64,000 nucleotides of DNA. Source: a virus. The DNA lies in IMG/VR virus record IMGVR_UViG_3300008448_000002, positions 32,001 through 96,000 of that record. One strand, written 5' to 3'. The notes below the pieces were generated by a model that was not told where the DNA came from, made no database searches, and was given only the letters and a program-made list of their open reading frames with translations. The translations under genes were made by a program, and so were the position numbers. Below are positions 46,551-57,306 of the stretch, one piece after another; position 1 is the stretch's first letter; each line of letters starts with the position of its first letter.

Positions 46551-49500
46551 ATGACAAATAACACATATCACCTATCTGTAAATAATTCAAATATAGCTGA
46601 AATAAATTCAGGTGGAGAAATATACGAATTAATAACAAGTAATGGATTCCAATTAAAGACATATGAACATATACCCAATGTACTATCATTTACCTCTAGT
46701 GATTCTATAAGAAAAGAAATATTCGACAAGTCATATATAAAATACAAAACAGATGAAATATTTTTTAATCTCAATTCTGTTGTACTCAAGTTTAAAAAGA
46801 AATACTCATGGGGTCTTGACAGAATTGGCAAAAGAAACCCATTATTACAAAAGAAATACTTTGGAACGGAAACGGGTAAAGGAGTAAATCTATTTGCCAT
46901 TGATTCGGGTGTGTTCCATCAACATGATTCTGTTAATAAAAAAATAAATCTCACATTCGCATATGATGCGTTTTTTGATAATAATGATGTGAATTTTATA
47001 CTTCCATTTAACAATAATTCCTACATTGATTCGCATGGTACAGAAATGGCGAGTATTATACTTGATGGCGATTTTGGTACGACATCTAATGTGAATTATA
47101 TTCCTGTTCGTATTTTTAATGATATTGGTATTGCCTCATTGTCGGATTTGTTAGATTCTTGTAACCATATTATTGATACTCATTTATCTATAAACGTATC
47201 AACTCCTTTTGGTAACTCATTATATAAACCGTCTATTGTTAATATGCCATTCAGTACAAAAAATAAGGCATTGTTACTAGATGATGTTATGTCTGCTTTA
47301 TTGGCAAATAATATTCATGTTGTTACGAGTTCTGGTAATGATAATGATGATGCTTATAATTATAGTCCTCAATCTGCTGGTGTATCAAGAAATAAAGTTT
47401 TAATCAGTGGTAACACATACAGAGTAGACACAAGTATTAATTATACAAAAAAGCCTATTGTGGTAGGGGGCTGCGATAACCCAAGTATAGAAATCATTCA
47501 AAAAGATAAAGTATGGAAAGAAGATAATTTTAATGGGTCAAATTGGGGAGAGTTTGTTGATATACTGTGTCCCGCCAAGGATATATTAGTAGGAAGTTTA
47601 TCTTTTTCTGGTTCAAATTGGAATAATTCTATAAGGAATTATTATACATATAAATCTGGTACAAGCTATAGTAGTGCCTTTTGCTGTGGTATTTTGGCAA
47701 TGTATTTACAAAAAGAAAAAAATCTCACAACAACGCAATTATACAATAAATTATTAAGACGTTCAACCATAGGAAGTTTAGAGATAGATGATTTATCTAA
47801 TTTAAGAGATAATGAACAGAATGATATATTTATTAATCCTGTTGTTGTCACACCAAACAGAATAGGGTATATTTGGTATACGCCTATTTTGATTAACTTT
47901 GATACAATTAATACAATTATAGTTGATGAAAATACAGAAAATGATATTAAAATAACAGCGATATCAACTGATAGTTTTAATGAAAAACAAAAAGTTAGCT
48001 TTTTTCTTGGAACAGTAACTTCTCCTATACCAACTTATACCGATTTAAATATAACAGCATTATTCGGCGATATTTATGAAGGTAATGATATATTTGGAAA
48101 CCTTAATATACAAAGTAATTTTGTAACTGAGGATACTGTATCTACCATTACTATTACTGTTGTTGATGGATTTTCGGATGATTATAGACACTTTCAGACT
48201 TTATCCATACCTATCAATATAAAGAATCTTTCTGTTATGCCTACATGGTTATTACCAGTAGAAAGTAATTTGGGTGATATATCACAGGATGATAATATTG
48301 ATATTGTGTTTTCTTGTAGAGATTTAACAGACGGTTCGCCTGTAACATACACTATATTACCGTCAAATGAAGTATTGCCTATTGGATTAAGGTTTCAAAA
48401 TCTAGTAGATGGAACATTCAAGATATTTGGTACTGTTGGGGCATTAGATAAAAAGTTAGAAAAATATGAGTTTTTCATTAGGGCAAAAACATCTGTTGGT
48501 AAATTTTCTGATAAATATTTTTTCTGGAATACTAATATTGTAAATATACCACAAGAGTTTGATACCTTGTGGACAGATACTCTTCCAAGTACAACTGTTA
48601 ATACTAATGTTTACTATAATTTAGGAACATATCCAAAAAACACACCTCTTGGAATAAACTTACTAATTAATTTATTGATTTATAACCCTGATAATGACCC
48701 GTTGATTATAAAATTATTTAAATCACCTGATATTACTACAAGTTTTGGAAAACTACCCCTCGGTTTAAAACTGAATACTGAAAGTAGACGAATTGAAGGC
48801 ATCCCCTCTGTTAGTATTTCTGGTGGCACATATTATTTTAAAATAACATTAGGAGATGGAGAGTTTGTTACAAATGGTTATTTTAGTATAACTATATCTA
48901 ATGATGACATAGGATTAATACAAGACCCCAGTGATATAACATGGACTACCCCCGCTGGATTCATTGGCGAAATATATGAAACGTATCCATCACACCTTAG
49001 TGTTTTGGCTAAAAATAGTGCCAATGGAAGAATACAATATATATTATCAAGTGCCAGTAACCCAATGCCGCAAGGATTAAGCATTGATGCCAATACTGGA
49101 TATATAGTTGGTAATGCTCCCTATGTTTCTGGAACGGCAACATATAGTATAACAGTATCAGCTTACAATGAGTTTGTTTCGGTTGATAGAACATTTACTT
49201 TTACTATTATATCCATATATGATACTCAAAATGTCATAAGTATTGATGTTTTATTAACGGGATTACCTACCAAAGATAGATTAAATCTTGTTAGATTACA
49301 ATCGTTTATAAACAAAAATAATATATTTAGAGAAGACGATGAAAACTTTGGTATTAAACAAGACTTGAGAATGTATCTTGTGGCAGGATTAAATTCTGTT
49401 TCAGATAGTGTAGTTTATGCCAAATTAAAAGATTATCATCAGGATTTATCGGTTAAGTTTGGAAAATTGAATTACCAATCTGTGACAGATACAGTTGGAA

Positions 49501-50375
49501 ACAATCTATATGATGTGATTTATTATGAAATATTAGATACAAGTTCTGGTGCCGCTGGCTTTGATGTACAAAATATTGAAGTTCCCTTACCCTATGCTCA
49601 AGGACTAATTAAAGGACAGTTTCCCTATAAGACATCCTCCACAACCACGCAAGATAATTTCTTCTCTAAATCTTTGAATAACTTTAGAAAAGATTTAATA
49701 AATATTGAAAACCGCTATATTAGAAAAGACGAAGTGACATTAAATACTTCTCCTAATGATGAACAAAATGGTATTGGTGTATCGGGAAATGAAGGGTATC
49801 CTTTATGGATGATTTCAAAAAATAGGAATAGTATTGATAAGTTTGTTTCTGCCATACCTATCGCATTTGTTTCATATGGCACAGCATTTGATGTAGTAAA
49901 GACGTTACAAGTAAACAAGTTGGATACTGTACTAACTGGTTTATCTTTAATGATTGATAGGTACTTAGTACAGCGATTCATTATAAGTAACACTTCTTTT
50001 GATGATACATTAATTTATCAGTATAGTAAGACGGCACTCATAACATCGTATCAAGAAGTTGCCGATATTACCGAAAGAAACAATATCGTATCTCCTTTAT
50101 TGGGTAATGTAGTAAAGGTTATAAATACAAATGAGTACTATATTTGGAACTCAACAATAGATGTACAGCCCAATGGATGGTTAGACATAACGACATTTGG
50201 TAGTTTTGATATTAGTAATATTGGAGATACCATAATAATAAACAATTTAACAACAGATGGAAATGAAACTATTTTTGACTTTGATAGTATAACAAATACA
50301 AAAACTGATTTTGATTTGGCAATAATTAAAGAAAAACGATTTATTAAGTTTCCACCGAGCGATGAAAAGAGATAA
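46551..50375 (+). CDS. Subtilisin-family (S8) protease fused to Ig-like repeats and a baseplate-wedge-type C-terminus
   Basis: Catalytic triad motifs AIDSGV, DSHGTEMA, SGTSYSS and oxyanion SSGND; Ig-like repeats (TWLLP..NLG, ITWTTPAGFIG). Confidence 0.75.
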   Translation: MTNNTYHLSVNNSNIAEINSGGEIYELITSNGFQLKTYEHIPNVLSFTSSDSIRKEIFDKSYIKYKTDEIFFNLNSVVLKFKKKYSWGLDRIGKRNPLLQKKYFGTETGKGVNLFAIDSGVFHQHDSVNKKINLTFAYDAFFDNNDVNFILPFNNNSYIDSHGTEMASIILDGDFGTTSNVNYIPVRIFNDIGIASLSDLLDSCNHIIDTHLSINVSTPFGNSLYKPSIVNMPFSTKNKALLLDDVMSALLANNIHVVTSSGNDNDDAYNYSPQSAGVSRNKVLISGNTYRVDTSINYTKKPIVVGGCDNPSIEIIQKDKVWKEDNFNGSNWGEFVDILCPAKDILVGSLSFSGSNWNNSIRNYYTYKSGTSYSSAFCCGILAMYLQKEKNLTTTQLYNKLLRRSTIGSLEIDDLSNLRDNEQNDIFINPVVVTPNRIGYIWYTPILINFDTINTIIVDENTENDIKITAISTDSFNEKQKVSFFLGTVTSPIPTYTDLNITALFGDIYEGNDIFGNLNIQSNFVTEDTVSTITITVVDGFSDDYRHFQTLSIPINIKNLSVMPTWLLPVESNLGDISQDDNIDIVFSCRDLTDGSPVTYTILPSNEVLPIGLRFQNLVDGTFKIFGTVGALDKKLEKYEFFIRAKTSVGKFSDKYFFWNTNIVNIPQEFDTLWTDTLPSTTVNTNVYYNLGTYPKNTPLGINLLINLLIYNPDNDPLIIKLFKSPDITTSFGKLPLGLKLNTESRRIEGIPSVSISGGTYYFKITLGDGEFVTNGYFSITISNDDIGLIQDPSDITWTTPAGFIGEIYETYPSHLSVLAKNSANGRIQYILSSASNPMPQGLSIDANTGYIVGNAPYVSGTATYSITVSAYNEFVSVDRTFTFTIISIYDTQNVISIDVLLTGLPTKDRLNLVRLQSFINKNNIFREDDENFGIKQDLRMYLVAGLNSVSDSVVYAKLKDYHQDLSVKFGKLNYQSVTDTVGNNLYDVIYYEILDTSSGAAGFDVQNIEVPLPYAQGLIKGQFPYKTSSTTTQDNFFSKSLNNFRKDLINIENRYIRKDEVTLNTSPNDEQNGIGVSGNEGYPLWMISKNRNSIDKFVSAIPIAFVSYGTAFDVVKTLQVNKLDTVLTGLSLMIDRYLVQRFIISNTSFDDTLIYQYSKTALITSYQEVADITERNNIVSPLLGNVVKVINTNEYYIWNSTIDVQPNGWLDITTFGSFDISNIGDTIIINNLTTDGNETIFDFDSITNTKTDFDLAIIKEKRFIKFPPSDEKR

Positions 50376-50378
50376 CAA

Positions 50379-51464
50379 ATGGCATCAACAATAACACCTG
50401 ATTCAATAGACCAGAATTTTCCTATTCCTAATGTTGACAATGATAGTCAGGGTTTTAGAACAAACTTTGCTATAACAAAACAGAGTCTTTTGACGGCAAA
50501 GCAGGAAATTAATGCCATACACGGTCAAACGATAAGTATTTCTAGTTCTACTTTAACAGGCTCTAGTACATCTTTTAATCCACAAAATCCTGTTGTACTT
50601 ACATTAGATTTAAACAATCTTTCACCATCAAGCGCAGGAGTATATACTACAAGCGGTAATAACTTATCATTGACAATTGATACCAAAGGAAGAGTTACCA
50701 ACATAACACCAACTGCTATCTCATTGCCTTTACTAAATCCAGGAACATATAATCAATCTATTGATAGTAATGGTAATTTGATTGGTACAAACATTACAGT
50801 AGATTCCTTGGGTAGAATTACTACTATAGCATCGACAACTATAGCAAACTATGGACTTATTAATAGTGCCTTGACTAAAGGAAATTTAATTGTTGGTGAT
50901 ACCTTAAATAAAAGTTCAGCGTTACCTGTTGGAAATGATGGACAAGTGTTGGTGGCAAGACCCGCCGAACCACAAGGGGTAAAATGGGAAGATGCCGTGT
51001 TATCTGGAGGCGGCTCCTCAATTGAAGAAACTGTAACCTATACTCCATCGAACGCACAAACGCTTTTTACTTTACCGTCTGATTGTCAATCTGTAGTGCG
51101 AATGTTAATAAATGGTCAAACCACAATTTCTTATACTTACAATAACACTACAAAGGTATTAACATTTGACCCAGTTGGAAATGGATTCGGTATTGAAACA
51201 ACCGATGAAGTTGTTGTTAAGTATAAAACCTCAACTTCTGGTGTAAATAATTTACTATTTACAATAGCACCAACTACAAACCAAACATTATTTCAACTTC
51301 CTTTGAACGCGAGTATTGTAGTGGGCATGTTTATAAATGGACAGGGTACTAATGATTATAGCTTTAATGCCAACTTAAAGCAAGTGACTTTGAATACATC
51401 AATTAATGGTTATACTATAGAAGCCAATGATGAAATATTATTTTTATATACTCCGACTTCATAA
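50379..51464 (+). CDS. Virion structural / fibre-like protein
   Basis: IDQNFPIPNVDNDSQGFRTNF N-terminus; TIDTKGRVT fibre repeats; two beta-sandwich repeats at the C-terminus. Confidence 0.6.
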   Translation: MASTITPDSIDQNFPIPNVDNDSQGFRTNFAITKQSLLTAKQEINAIHGQTISISSSTLTGSSTSFNPQNPVVLTLDLNNLSPSSAGVYTTSGNNLSLTIDTKGRVTNITPTAISLPLLNPGTYNQSIDSNGNLIGTNITVDSLGRITTIASTTIANYGLINSALTKGNLIVGDTLNKSSALPVGNDGQVLVARPAEPQGVKWEDAVLSGGGSSIEETVTYTPSNAQTLFTLPSDCQSVVRMLINGQTTISYTYNNTTKVLTFDPVGNGFGIETTDEVVVKYKTSTSGVNNLLFTIAPTTNQTLFQLPLNASIVVGMFINGQGTNDYSFNANLKQVTLNTSINGYTIEANDEILFLYTPTS

Positions 51465-51523
51465 ATTATATTGTCTAATTTAATAAAATATGCTATTATT
51501 AATTTAATAGTAAAGGATATAAT

Positions 51524-51913
51524 ATGACTACATTAAACGAACAATACTCGACTTTTGTTGGTGGATTATTAAGTAAACCAACCACCAATGATAATGCTTT
51601 TTTAGAAAGTTTGGTATCCCTACAAAAAGATGTAAATATTTCAACATTGTTAGCTGGTTCACTGGGATTACTTGGTGAATCCGCTGAAGTTAGTGAATTA
51701 GTTAAGAAAATGGTTTTTCAAGGTAAACCATTTACACAAGATATTAAAGAAAAACTTGTAATGGAACTTGGCGATGTTGCTTTTTATCTAATGACTGCCT
51801 GTTTGGCACTCAATGTTAGTATTGATGATATTATTCTTAATAATATAGAAAAGTTAAAAACTCGCTATCCAAATGGGTTTACTGTTCAGCATTCAGAGAA
51901 TAGAATTGTATAA
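51524..51913 (+). CDS. mazG: MazG-like NTP pyrophosphohydrolase
   Basis: GLLGESAEVSELVKK...MELGDVAFYL...NIEKLKTRYP. Confidence 0.85.
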   Translation: MTTLNEQYSTFVGGLLSKPTTNDNAFLESLVSLQKDVNISTLLAGSLGLLGESAEVSELVKKMVFQGKPFTQDIKEKLVMELGDVAFYLMTACLALNVSIDDIILNNIEKLKTRYPNGFTVQHSENRIV

Positions 51914-52161
51914 TGGAATACGACTTTAAAAACCTAAAAGATGAAGAAATATATACAAAAATTGCCGAATTGAATAAAAGAATAGCTTTTTATTCAAACA
52001 TGGGAAATGTTGATGTTTTAAATCAATTAAGAAATTATTTAGAAATATTAAGAAATGAACTCTCAGAACGTATTTTAACTAATACAACGGATAAGAGAAC
52101 AAAAAGAGTATTCAAACGTCCTTTAATGGCAAAAAGAAGATTGAAAAGTAATGATGAATAG
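51913..52161 (+). CDS. Hypothetical protein
   Basis: 82-aa ORF in operon. Confidence 0.6.
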   Translation: MEYDFKNLKDEEIYTKIAELNKRIAFYSNMGNVDVLNQLRNYLEILRNELSERILTNTTDKRTKRVFKRPLMAKRRLKSNDE

Positions 52162-52822
52162 TTTTTCGTTTAGTTATAAAAATACTTTAAAAATAGTAAG
52201 AATTTTAGATTCTACTTTTATGCCTGAGTTTTTAACATTTGAGATTGGCTTTACTCAAGTTGAAAAAATTGAAGAGGAGAACATAGAAGAAATATGTCAA
52301 AATACGTTTATTAAGATTGATTTTTTTATTAAAACGGTCTTAGATAATGCCATTTTTGTTGAACATATTGACCCACTATGTGAAGAACTACTTATGGCGG
52401 ATAACGAAACAACGACAGTAGATAATACAATAGTATTATGCCCATCTCCCCCAACAGACACTATTATAGCATTGTTGTTACTGTCAAAGTTGAAAACTAT
52501 CTCAAATGCGGTTTTTGATGTTAAAAATATAAAACTTGGGAAATTAGTAGAAAATCACATGACGGTAGAGTATGATGGCAATCCTGCTACCATACTACCA
52601 ACTAAAGACCAATGGGTATCAAACGAAGGGTTTTCTTTTGATAAATCATGGTGGGAGAGAGACGATATTAGTACATTTGATGCCGTATTTGAAACAGCAG
52701 AGGAATTAGAAACGATGAAAGAAACGGTTTCATATGATAATTTCTTTGGTTCTACGGTAACACAAGAAAAAAATAATGTTATTAGACCGCAATTCACTGT
52801 TATAACCAATGATAAACTATAA
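52151..52822 (+). CDS. Hypothetical protein
   Basis: 223-aa ORF in operon. Confidence 0.65.
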   Translation: MMNSFSFSYKNTLKIVRILDSTFMPEFLTFEIGFTQVEKIEEENIEEICQNTFIKIDFFIKTVLDNAIFVEHIDPLCEELLMADNETTTVDNTIVLCPSPPTDTIIALLLLSKLKTISNAVFDVKNIKLGKLVENHMTVEYDGNPATILPTKDQWVSNEGFSFDKSWWERDDISTFDAVFETAEELETMKETVSYDNFFGSTVTQEKNNVIRPQFTVITNDKL

Positions 52823-53360
52823 AATAGTAAATGAATATAATTTAATTGATGTTGATGAGAAATATGCCATTGATATTCTTTTAAAGGATGATGACTTACT
52901 AGATAGTGTATATTTAAATAAAGACTTGATAGAACAATATAATAATAGTTGTGACACAACATATCAAGATAAAACTCATTTTATGTCTCCATCGACTATC
53001 ATGAACATGTACACTAAAGAAGAATATTTTGATAAGTGTATTAATAACTGGTTTATACCAACCAAATATAAGAATATTAATTTAAAGTCTTATTTTTATT
53101 CTAAAATAGAAACCATTATAGAAAAGAATAGAGTTGATTTAGAATTAAGTTTAATTAAAAAACATAAGTTAGAAGACATGATACGCTCATTAATATATCT
53201 GGTGGATATATTAGCTATAAATAATATTCTATGGGGAGTGGGCAGAGGAAGTTCTGTATCGCTTTATATTTTATATTTAATTGATTTACATGCTATAGAT
53301 AGTATTAAATATGAAATAGACCCATATGAGTTTTTTAAACAAGAAAAGGAAATAAACTAA
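52809..53360 (+). CDS. dnaE: DnaE-like N-terminal fragment (GRGS region)
   Basis: RVDLEL..I....LWGVGRGSSVSLYILYLIDL..ID.IKY.I...EFF matches the DnaE segment just before MPDxDxDF. Confidence 0.8.
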   Translation: MINYKIVNEYNLIDVDEKYAIDILLKDDDLLDSVYLNKDLIEQYNNSCDTTYQDKTHFMSPSTIMNMYTKEEYFDKCINNWFIPTKYKNINLKSYFYSKIETIIEKNRVDLELSLIKKHKLEDMIRSLIYLVDILAINNILWGVGRGSSVSLYILYLIDLHAIDSIKYEIDPYEFFKQEKEIN

Positions 53361-53710
53361 TGTCAGGAAGAAAACAACATTTTACTAATTCGGGAAAACC
53401 ATTTGATATGATGACGCTTGCCGCAAAGCATGAGCATGATATTGCCTTAGGTAATTCAAAAATGAATACAAGAGGTGATATCATCGGAAAAAATGGCGAG
53501 ATTGAAGTAAAAAGAGAAAAAATTATAGACGAGTATTACAAAAGTAGTAATGCCCCTATAAAAAATGTAAGTATTAAAGATACTTTTAATAATACTTCTT
53601 TTGAAACTCCATCACAGGCAATGGCAAGAATTGCCAAACACGAGCAAGAGTTGAAGGACAATACTCCAAAAGAAAAAGAAACAACAAGAAAATTAGTAGA
53701 CAAGGAATAA
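53360..53710 (+). CDS. Hypothetical protein
   Basis: 116-aa ORF in operon. Confidence 0.65.
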   Translation: MSGRKQHFTNSGKPFDMMTLAAKHEHDIALGNSKMNTRGDIIGKNGEIEVKREKIIDEYYKSSNAPIKNVSIKDTFNNTSFETPSQAMARIAKHEQELKDNTPKEKETTRKLVDKE

Positions 53711-53714
53711 AACA

Positions 53715-54050
53715 ATGATTTCGTATCAGGCAGTGGAGGGCGAAATAATACCCTTATCAAATGATATTTTAGTAGTAGAGATGGAAACGACAGGTGAAAG
53801 AAAGACCGCATCTGGTATCCTATTAATTGATAATAACGGAAAACAATCAGGAATTAGACCACGATGGGCGAAAGTTTATAAAATCGGTAAAAATGTTGAT
53901 TATGTAAAAGAAGGCGAATGGATTTATATTGAACATGGGAGGTGGACTTATCAATATAAATTATTGACAAAAGACGGGGAAAAGAGTATACAGAAGGTAG
54001 ATACTAACTGTATACTCATGGTTAGTGAGGAAAAACCAGAAAGTCTTTAA
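53715..54050 (+). CDS. groES: GroES-like co-chaperonin
   Basis: IPLSNDILV...ERKTASGILL...AKVYKIG...VKEGEWI. Confidence 0.8.
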   Translation: MISYQAVEGEIIPLSNDILVVEMETTGERKTASGILLIDNNGKQSGIRPRWAKVYKIGKNVDYVKEGEWIYIEHGRWTYQYKLLTKDGEKSIQKVDTNCILMVSEEKPESL

Positions 54051-54986
54051 ATGTTTAATGCCGATTTATTAATCGAAAAATATAGACCTAGAACTATTGA
54101 TGATTATGTTTTTACAGATGAAAATGTTAAAAATAAGATATTGAGTTTTATAGAAAATAAAGACGGTATGACCATTCCAATCCCGCATCTTCTCCTCAGT
54201 GGAAAACAAGGGTCTGGTAAAACGAGTCTCGCCCTGCTCCTTGTTAAACTTGTAGGTGTTATTGACTACGATGTATTGTTTATCAATGGCAGTAAAGAAA
54301 ATAGTGTTGAGACCGTTAGGGAGAAAATATCTAATTTTTGTACAACAATGCCGTTGGGTAATTTTAAGGTTGTCATTATAGATGAAAGTGATTATTTATC
54401 TATTAATAGTCAAGCAATCCTACGAGGAGAAATTGAAAGATATAGTAACTCAGTTAGATTTATATTAACATGTAATTATAGAAATAAAATTCTTCCAGCT
54501 ATACTTTCTAGACTACAGAAGTTTCATTTCAATTCTTTGGACATGGATACATATGTTAATAGAATAGTTAAAATATTGGATACCGAGGGAATTACTTATA
54601 AAGAAGAAGATATTATTGAAATTATTAATATTTCCTATCCAGATTTGCGAACAACAATAGGTCTAATCGACCAACAGGTTATTGATAAGAAATTAATCCC
54701 CGTTACTGATAAAGATTTTTCTGTTGATGAAAAGTACTCTTCGTTTGTTAAAATGTTTAAAAGCGGCGATTTAAATAAAGCAAGAAAGTTTTTAGTTGAA
54801 TCACTTTCGAGTGACGAATATATTGATACTTTTAGATATTTTTATGAAAATATAGAAATGTTTTCGGATGATGAAGAGAAAATAATGCGAAACATCATTA
54901 TTATTGCCAAGTACTTAAAGAATCATACGTTGGTTGCCGACCCAGAAATTAATTTATCAGCCTGTATATTGGAATTATTAAAATGA
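54051..54986 (+). CDS. gp44: Clamp-loader large subunit, T4 gp44/RFC-like
   Basis: EKYRP, GKQGSGKTS, INGS, IIDESDYLS..SQAILR, RFILTCNY, ILSRL. Confidence 0.92.
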   Translation: MFNADLLIEKYRPRTIDDYVFTDENVKNKILSFIENKDGMTIPIPHLLLSGKQGSGKTSLALLLVKLVGVIDYDVLFINGSKENSVETVREKISNFCTTMPLGNFKVVIIDESDYLSINSQAILRGEIERYSNSVRFILTCNYRNKILPAILSRLQKFHFNSLDMDTYVNRIVKILDTEGITYKEEDIIEIINISYPDLRTTIGLIDQQVIDKKLIPVTDKDFSVDEKYSSFVKMFKSGDLNKARKFLVESLSSDEYIDTFRYFYENIEMFSDDEEKIMRNIIIIAKYLKNHTLVADPEINLSACILELLK

Positions 54987-55552
54987 ACATTTTACTTGAT
55001 GTTGATGATGTTTTACTTGAGTGGAGAAAAGGTTTTGAAGAATACCTAATTAAATCTCTCCCTATTACATATAAAAAAATTATTGATGGATACGAAACAA
55101 TAGATGTCGCGTTATTGACTGGTGATACGATTGTAATGTCACCAGCACTTGAGTTTAATGAGATATTAGAGTTTTCGCAATTAAAACCTATTGATAACGC
55201 TGTAAAATATGTCAGACAACTACATGAGGATGGATTTAAAATGTCATGTATTACGGCATGTGGCACAAAGAAAATAACAAGAAAATTGAGAAAATATAAC
55301 CTTGATAGATACTTCGGTGACATATTTGAAAATATTGAACATGTTAATATTGGAGAAACTAAAAGATATATTTTACAACAATATAAAAAGGCATTTTGGG
55401 TTGAGGATAATTTATTAAATTGTATGATTGGTGAGTCAATCGGACATATACCGATTTTAATGAATAAACCCTATAATCAAAGTAATGATGATGTAATCAG
55501 AGTTGATAACTGGCAAGAAATATATGGTGTCATTAAAGGGCTAACTAATTGA
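54983..55552 (+). CDS. HAD-family 5'(3')-deoxyribonucleotidase-like protein
   Basis: LLDVDDVLLEW, VEDN, LMNKPYN. Confidence 0.8.
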   Translation: MNILLDVDDVLLEWRKGFEEYLIKSLPITYKKIIDGYETIDVALLTGDTIVMSPALEFNEILEFSQLKPIDNAVKYVRQLHEDGFKMSCITACGTKKITRKLRKYNLDRYFGDIFENIEHVNIGETKRYILQQYKKAFWVEDNLLNCMIGESIGHIPILMNKPYNQSNDDVIRVDNWQEIYGVIKGLTN

Positions 55553-55564
55553 TTTATTAATATT

Positions 55565-55600
55565 AAAAACCCCTGTAGATTAATTTTCACAGGGGTTTTT
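55565..55600. terminator. Repeated hairpin terminator, copy 3 (with compensatory changes)
   Basis: AAAAACCCCTGT...ACAGGGGTTTTT between convergent genes. Confidence 0.8.
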
Positions 55601-55610
55601 AATTTATTAC

Positions 55611-55796
55611 TTAACGGTTGTATTCTACTTGAACTTCGGCCACCGTATATCCATTAATTGAAGGAGCAAATCGAGCCTCGCCTTCAAAATATGGGTAATT
55701 TTCATATTCTAATTGAACTTCTGTAAATGAATCAACTATTCCAACAGCATCTACTAGATTACCATTAAAACGAACTTCTAATACCGTGATTTCCAT
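55611..55796 (-). CDS. Small hypothetical early protein in a promoter-terminator cassette
   Basis: 61 aa; AAGGA RBS; own promoter cassette and terminator. Confidence 0.65.
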   Translation of the reverse strand: MEITVLEVRFNGNLVDAVGIVDSFTEVQLEYENYPYFEGEARFAPSINGYTVAEVQVEYNR

Positions 55797-55816
55797 ATTA
55801 TATTCCTTTTTGTTGA

Positions 55817-55885
55817 TTGGGATAATTCCCTCTCTGATAAATAGAGAGTATCATAGATAATAAGTTTGTCAAGGATTATTTTAAA
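55817..55885 (-). promoter_or_regulatory. Early promoter plus stem-loop cassette, copy 2
   Basis: Minus-strand TTGACA...TGATACTCT followed by a CTCTCT/AGAGAG hairpin. Confidence 0.75.
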
Positions 55886-55893
55886 AAGGTGAT

Positions 55894-56310
55894 TTATTTT
55901 TCTAATTTATTTTTTCTATATATTTCTATGGACTTTTTAAGATTATCTATAGTAAAATATCTTGTTTTATCTTTATAATAGGAATAATACCATTTTTTAA
56001 TACCAGTCAACTGAGATACTTCTTTTAAAACCTCGGATAATTCTTGTGGAAAATCTTTGTTATCATAAAATTCAACAAAAACAAGATAAGAACCTTCTTT
56101 AGTTATGGTGGCACTAACCTCTGTATCAAGTAATTGTGCCGTTGATTTTTGTATAAATCTATTCAAATCTTCTGCTGGCTCTTTATAATCAAGGATAAAA
56201 GCAACAACAACTACTTCATCGTCATCAATCTTTGATTCATATTGATTGATGCTTATAACATTTTTGACAGTATCTTTTAAATCGTTTGCCTCTAGTCCTT
56301 CAAAAAGCAT
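55894..56310 (-). CDS. Hypothetical protein
   Basis: 138-aa ORF. Confidence 0.7.
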   Translation of the reverse strand: MLFEGLEANDLKDTVKNVISINQYESKIDDDEVVVVAFILDYKEPAEDLNRFIQKSTAQLLDTEVSATITKEGSYLVFVEFYDNKDFPQELSEVLKEVSQLTGIKKWYYSYYKDKTRYFTIDNLKKSIEIYRKNKLEK

Positions 56311-56312
56311 TT

Positions 56313-56807
56313 TTATTTCTCCCGCTTCTTAAATACTGATTGCTTATCAATGCCTTCTTCTTTGGCATCTTCAATCGTTTCTAAGTTAAAATCCAAATCA
56401 TCATATAAGTTAAAATCATCTTCTAATTCAACTAATAAGTTTTTTGGAACTCTTAATTCAATTAACCATATTTTCTTTTTCTCTAATTTTGGTTTTTTTG
56501 TACCAGATTCATAGTCTTCTGGGTCTTCAATATCAATAGGAACTTCCTCTGTTGCTCGTTTATACTTTATTTTAGCCCCATATTTTATCAATCTTAATGC
56601 TCCTGCCTTATCGGGCATCTCTTCGTAATCATATTTTAGAACTATGCCTATCCAATGTTTTTCAATAATTGGTCCCTCGACAACTTCACCTTTTATCCAA
56701 TTTTTAAAAACATAAATATCTAAATTATCCATGAAATCTTCAATTTCAATAAGATAAGTTAATAATGTCTGATTTTTTTCTAATTTTTTGATGTCATTGT
56801 TATTCAT
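56313..56807 (-). CDS. Hypothetical late protein
   Basis: 164-aa ORF with CATAAATA upstream. Confidence 0.7.
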   Translation of the reverse strand: MNNNDIKKLEKNQTLLTYLIEIEDFMDNLDIYVFKNWIKGEVVEGPIIEKHWIGIVLKYDYEEMPDKAGALRLIKYGAKIKYKRATEEVPIDIEDPEDYESGTKKPKLEKKKIWLIELRVPKNLLVELEDDFNLYDDLDFNLETIEDAKEEGIDKQSVFKKREK

Positions 56808-56821
56808 GTATACTATTTATG

Positions 56822-56857
56822 AAAAAATCCCTGTAGATTAATTTTTACAGGGATTTT
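56822..56857. terminator. Repeated hairpin terminator, copy 4
   Basis: AAAAAATCCCTGTA...TACAGGGATTTT abutting a late promoter. Confidence 0.75.
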
Positions 56858-56877
56858 AAAAATATTCACTGAATATG

Positions 56878-57213
56878 TTATTCTTTGATAATTTCCATGA
56901 TTTTCTTTAATTTGTCAAAGGATACTCCTTTATTTTTTAAAGTATCTTCGAGTTCGCGCTTCATTTCTCTGAATTGTTTGTTTTCATCATCGCGGCGATT
57001 TGCCTCAACATGACCTTCATGAAAAAGATATATTCTATCGGATGAGTATGAATTTCCATATAATTTACCAGTTGACATGGAGAACTTTTTACCATTATCC
57101 AATGTAACTGTAGTTTTTGTAACGGCAACTACCTTATGAAAAGTATATCTATTATTCCAAGATTGAGTCAAAGAAACAGTATCATCTACTTTGTATAATG
57201 GAGTATCGAACAT
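56878..57213 (-). CDS. Hypothetical early protein in a promoter-terminator cassette
   Basis: 111 aa between cassette copy 3 and terminator copy 4. Confidence 0.7.
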   Translation of the reverse strand: MFDTPLYKVDDTVSLTQSWNNRYTFHKVVAVTKTTVTLDNGKKFSMSTGKLYGNSYSSDRIYLFHEGHVEANRRDDENKQFREMKRELEDTLKNKGVSFDKLKKIMEIIKE

Positions 57214-57240
57214 TTTCTTAATCCCTGTTATATTGTTGAA

Positions 57241-57306
57241 AAGGATAATTCCCTCTTTGATAAGAAGAGAATATCACAATATTTTACTTTGTCAAGAATT
57301 ATTTTA
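57241..57306 (-). promoter_or_regulatory. Early promoter plus stem-loop cassette, copy 3
   Basis: Reverse complement is nearly identical to 30356..30421. Confidence 0.75.

Noticed and set aside
52809-53360. Split intein joining the two DnaE fragments
   Set aside because: No N-intein (Cys/Ser start block) after the N-fragment and no His-Asn/Cys junction in the C-fragment, which begins directly at MPDIDIDF
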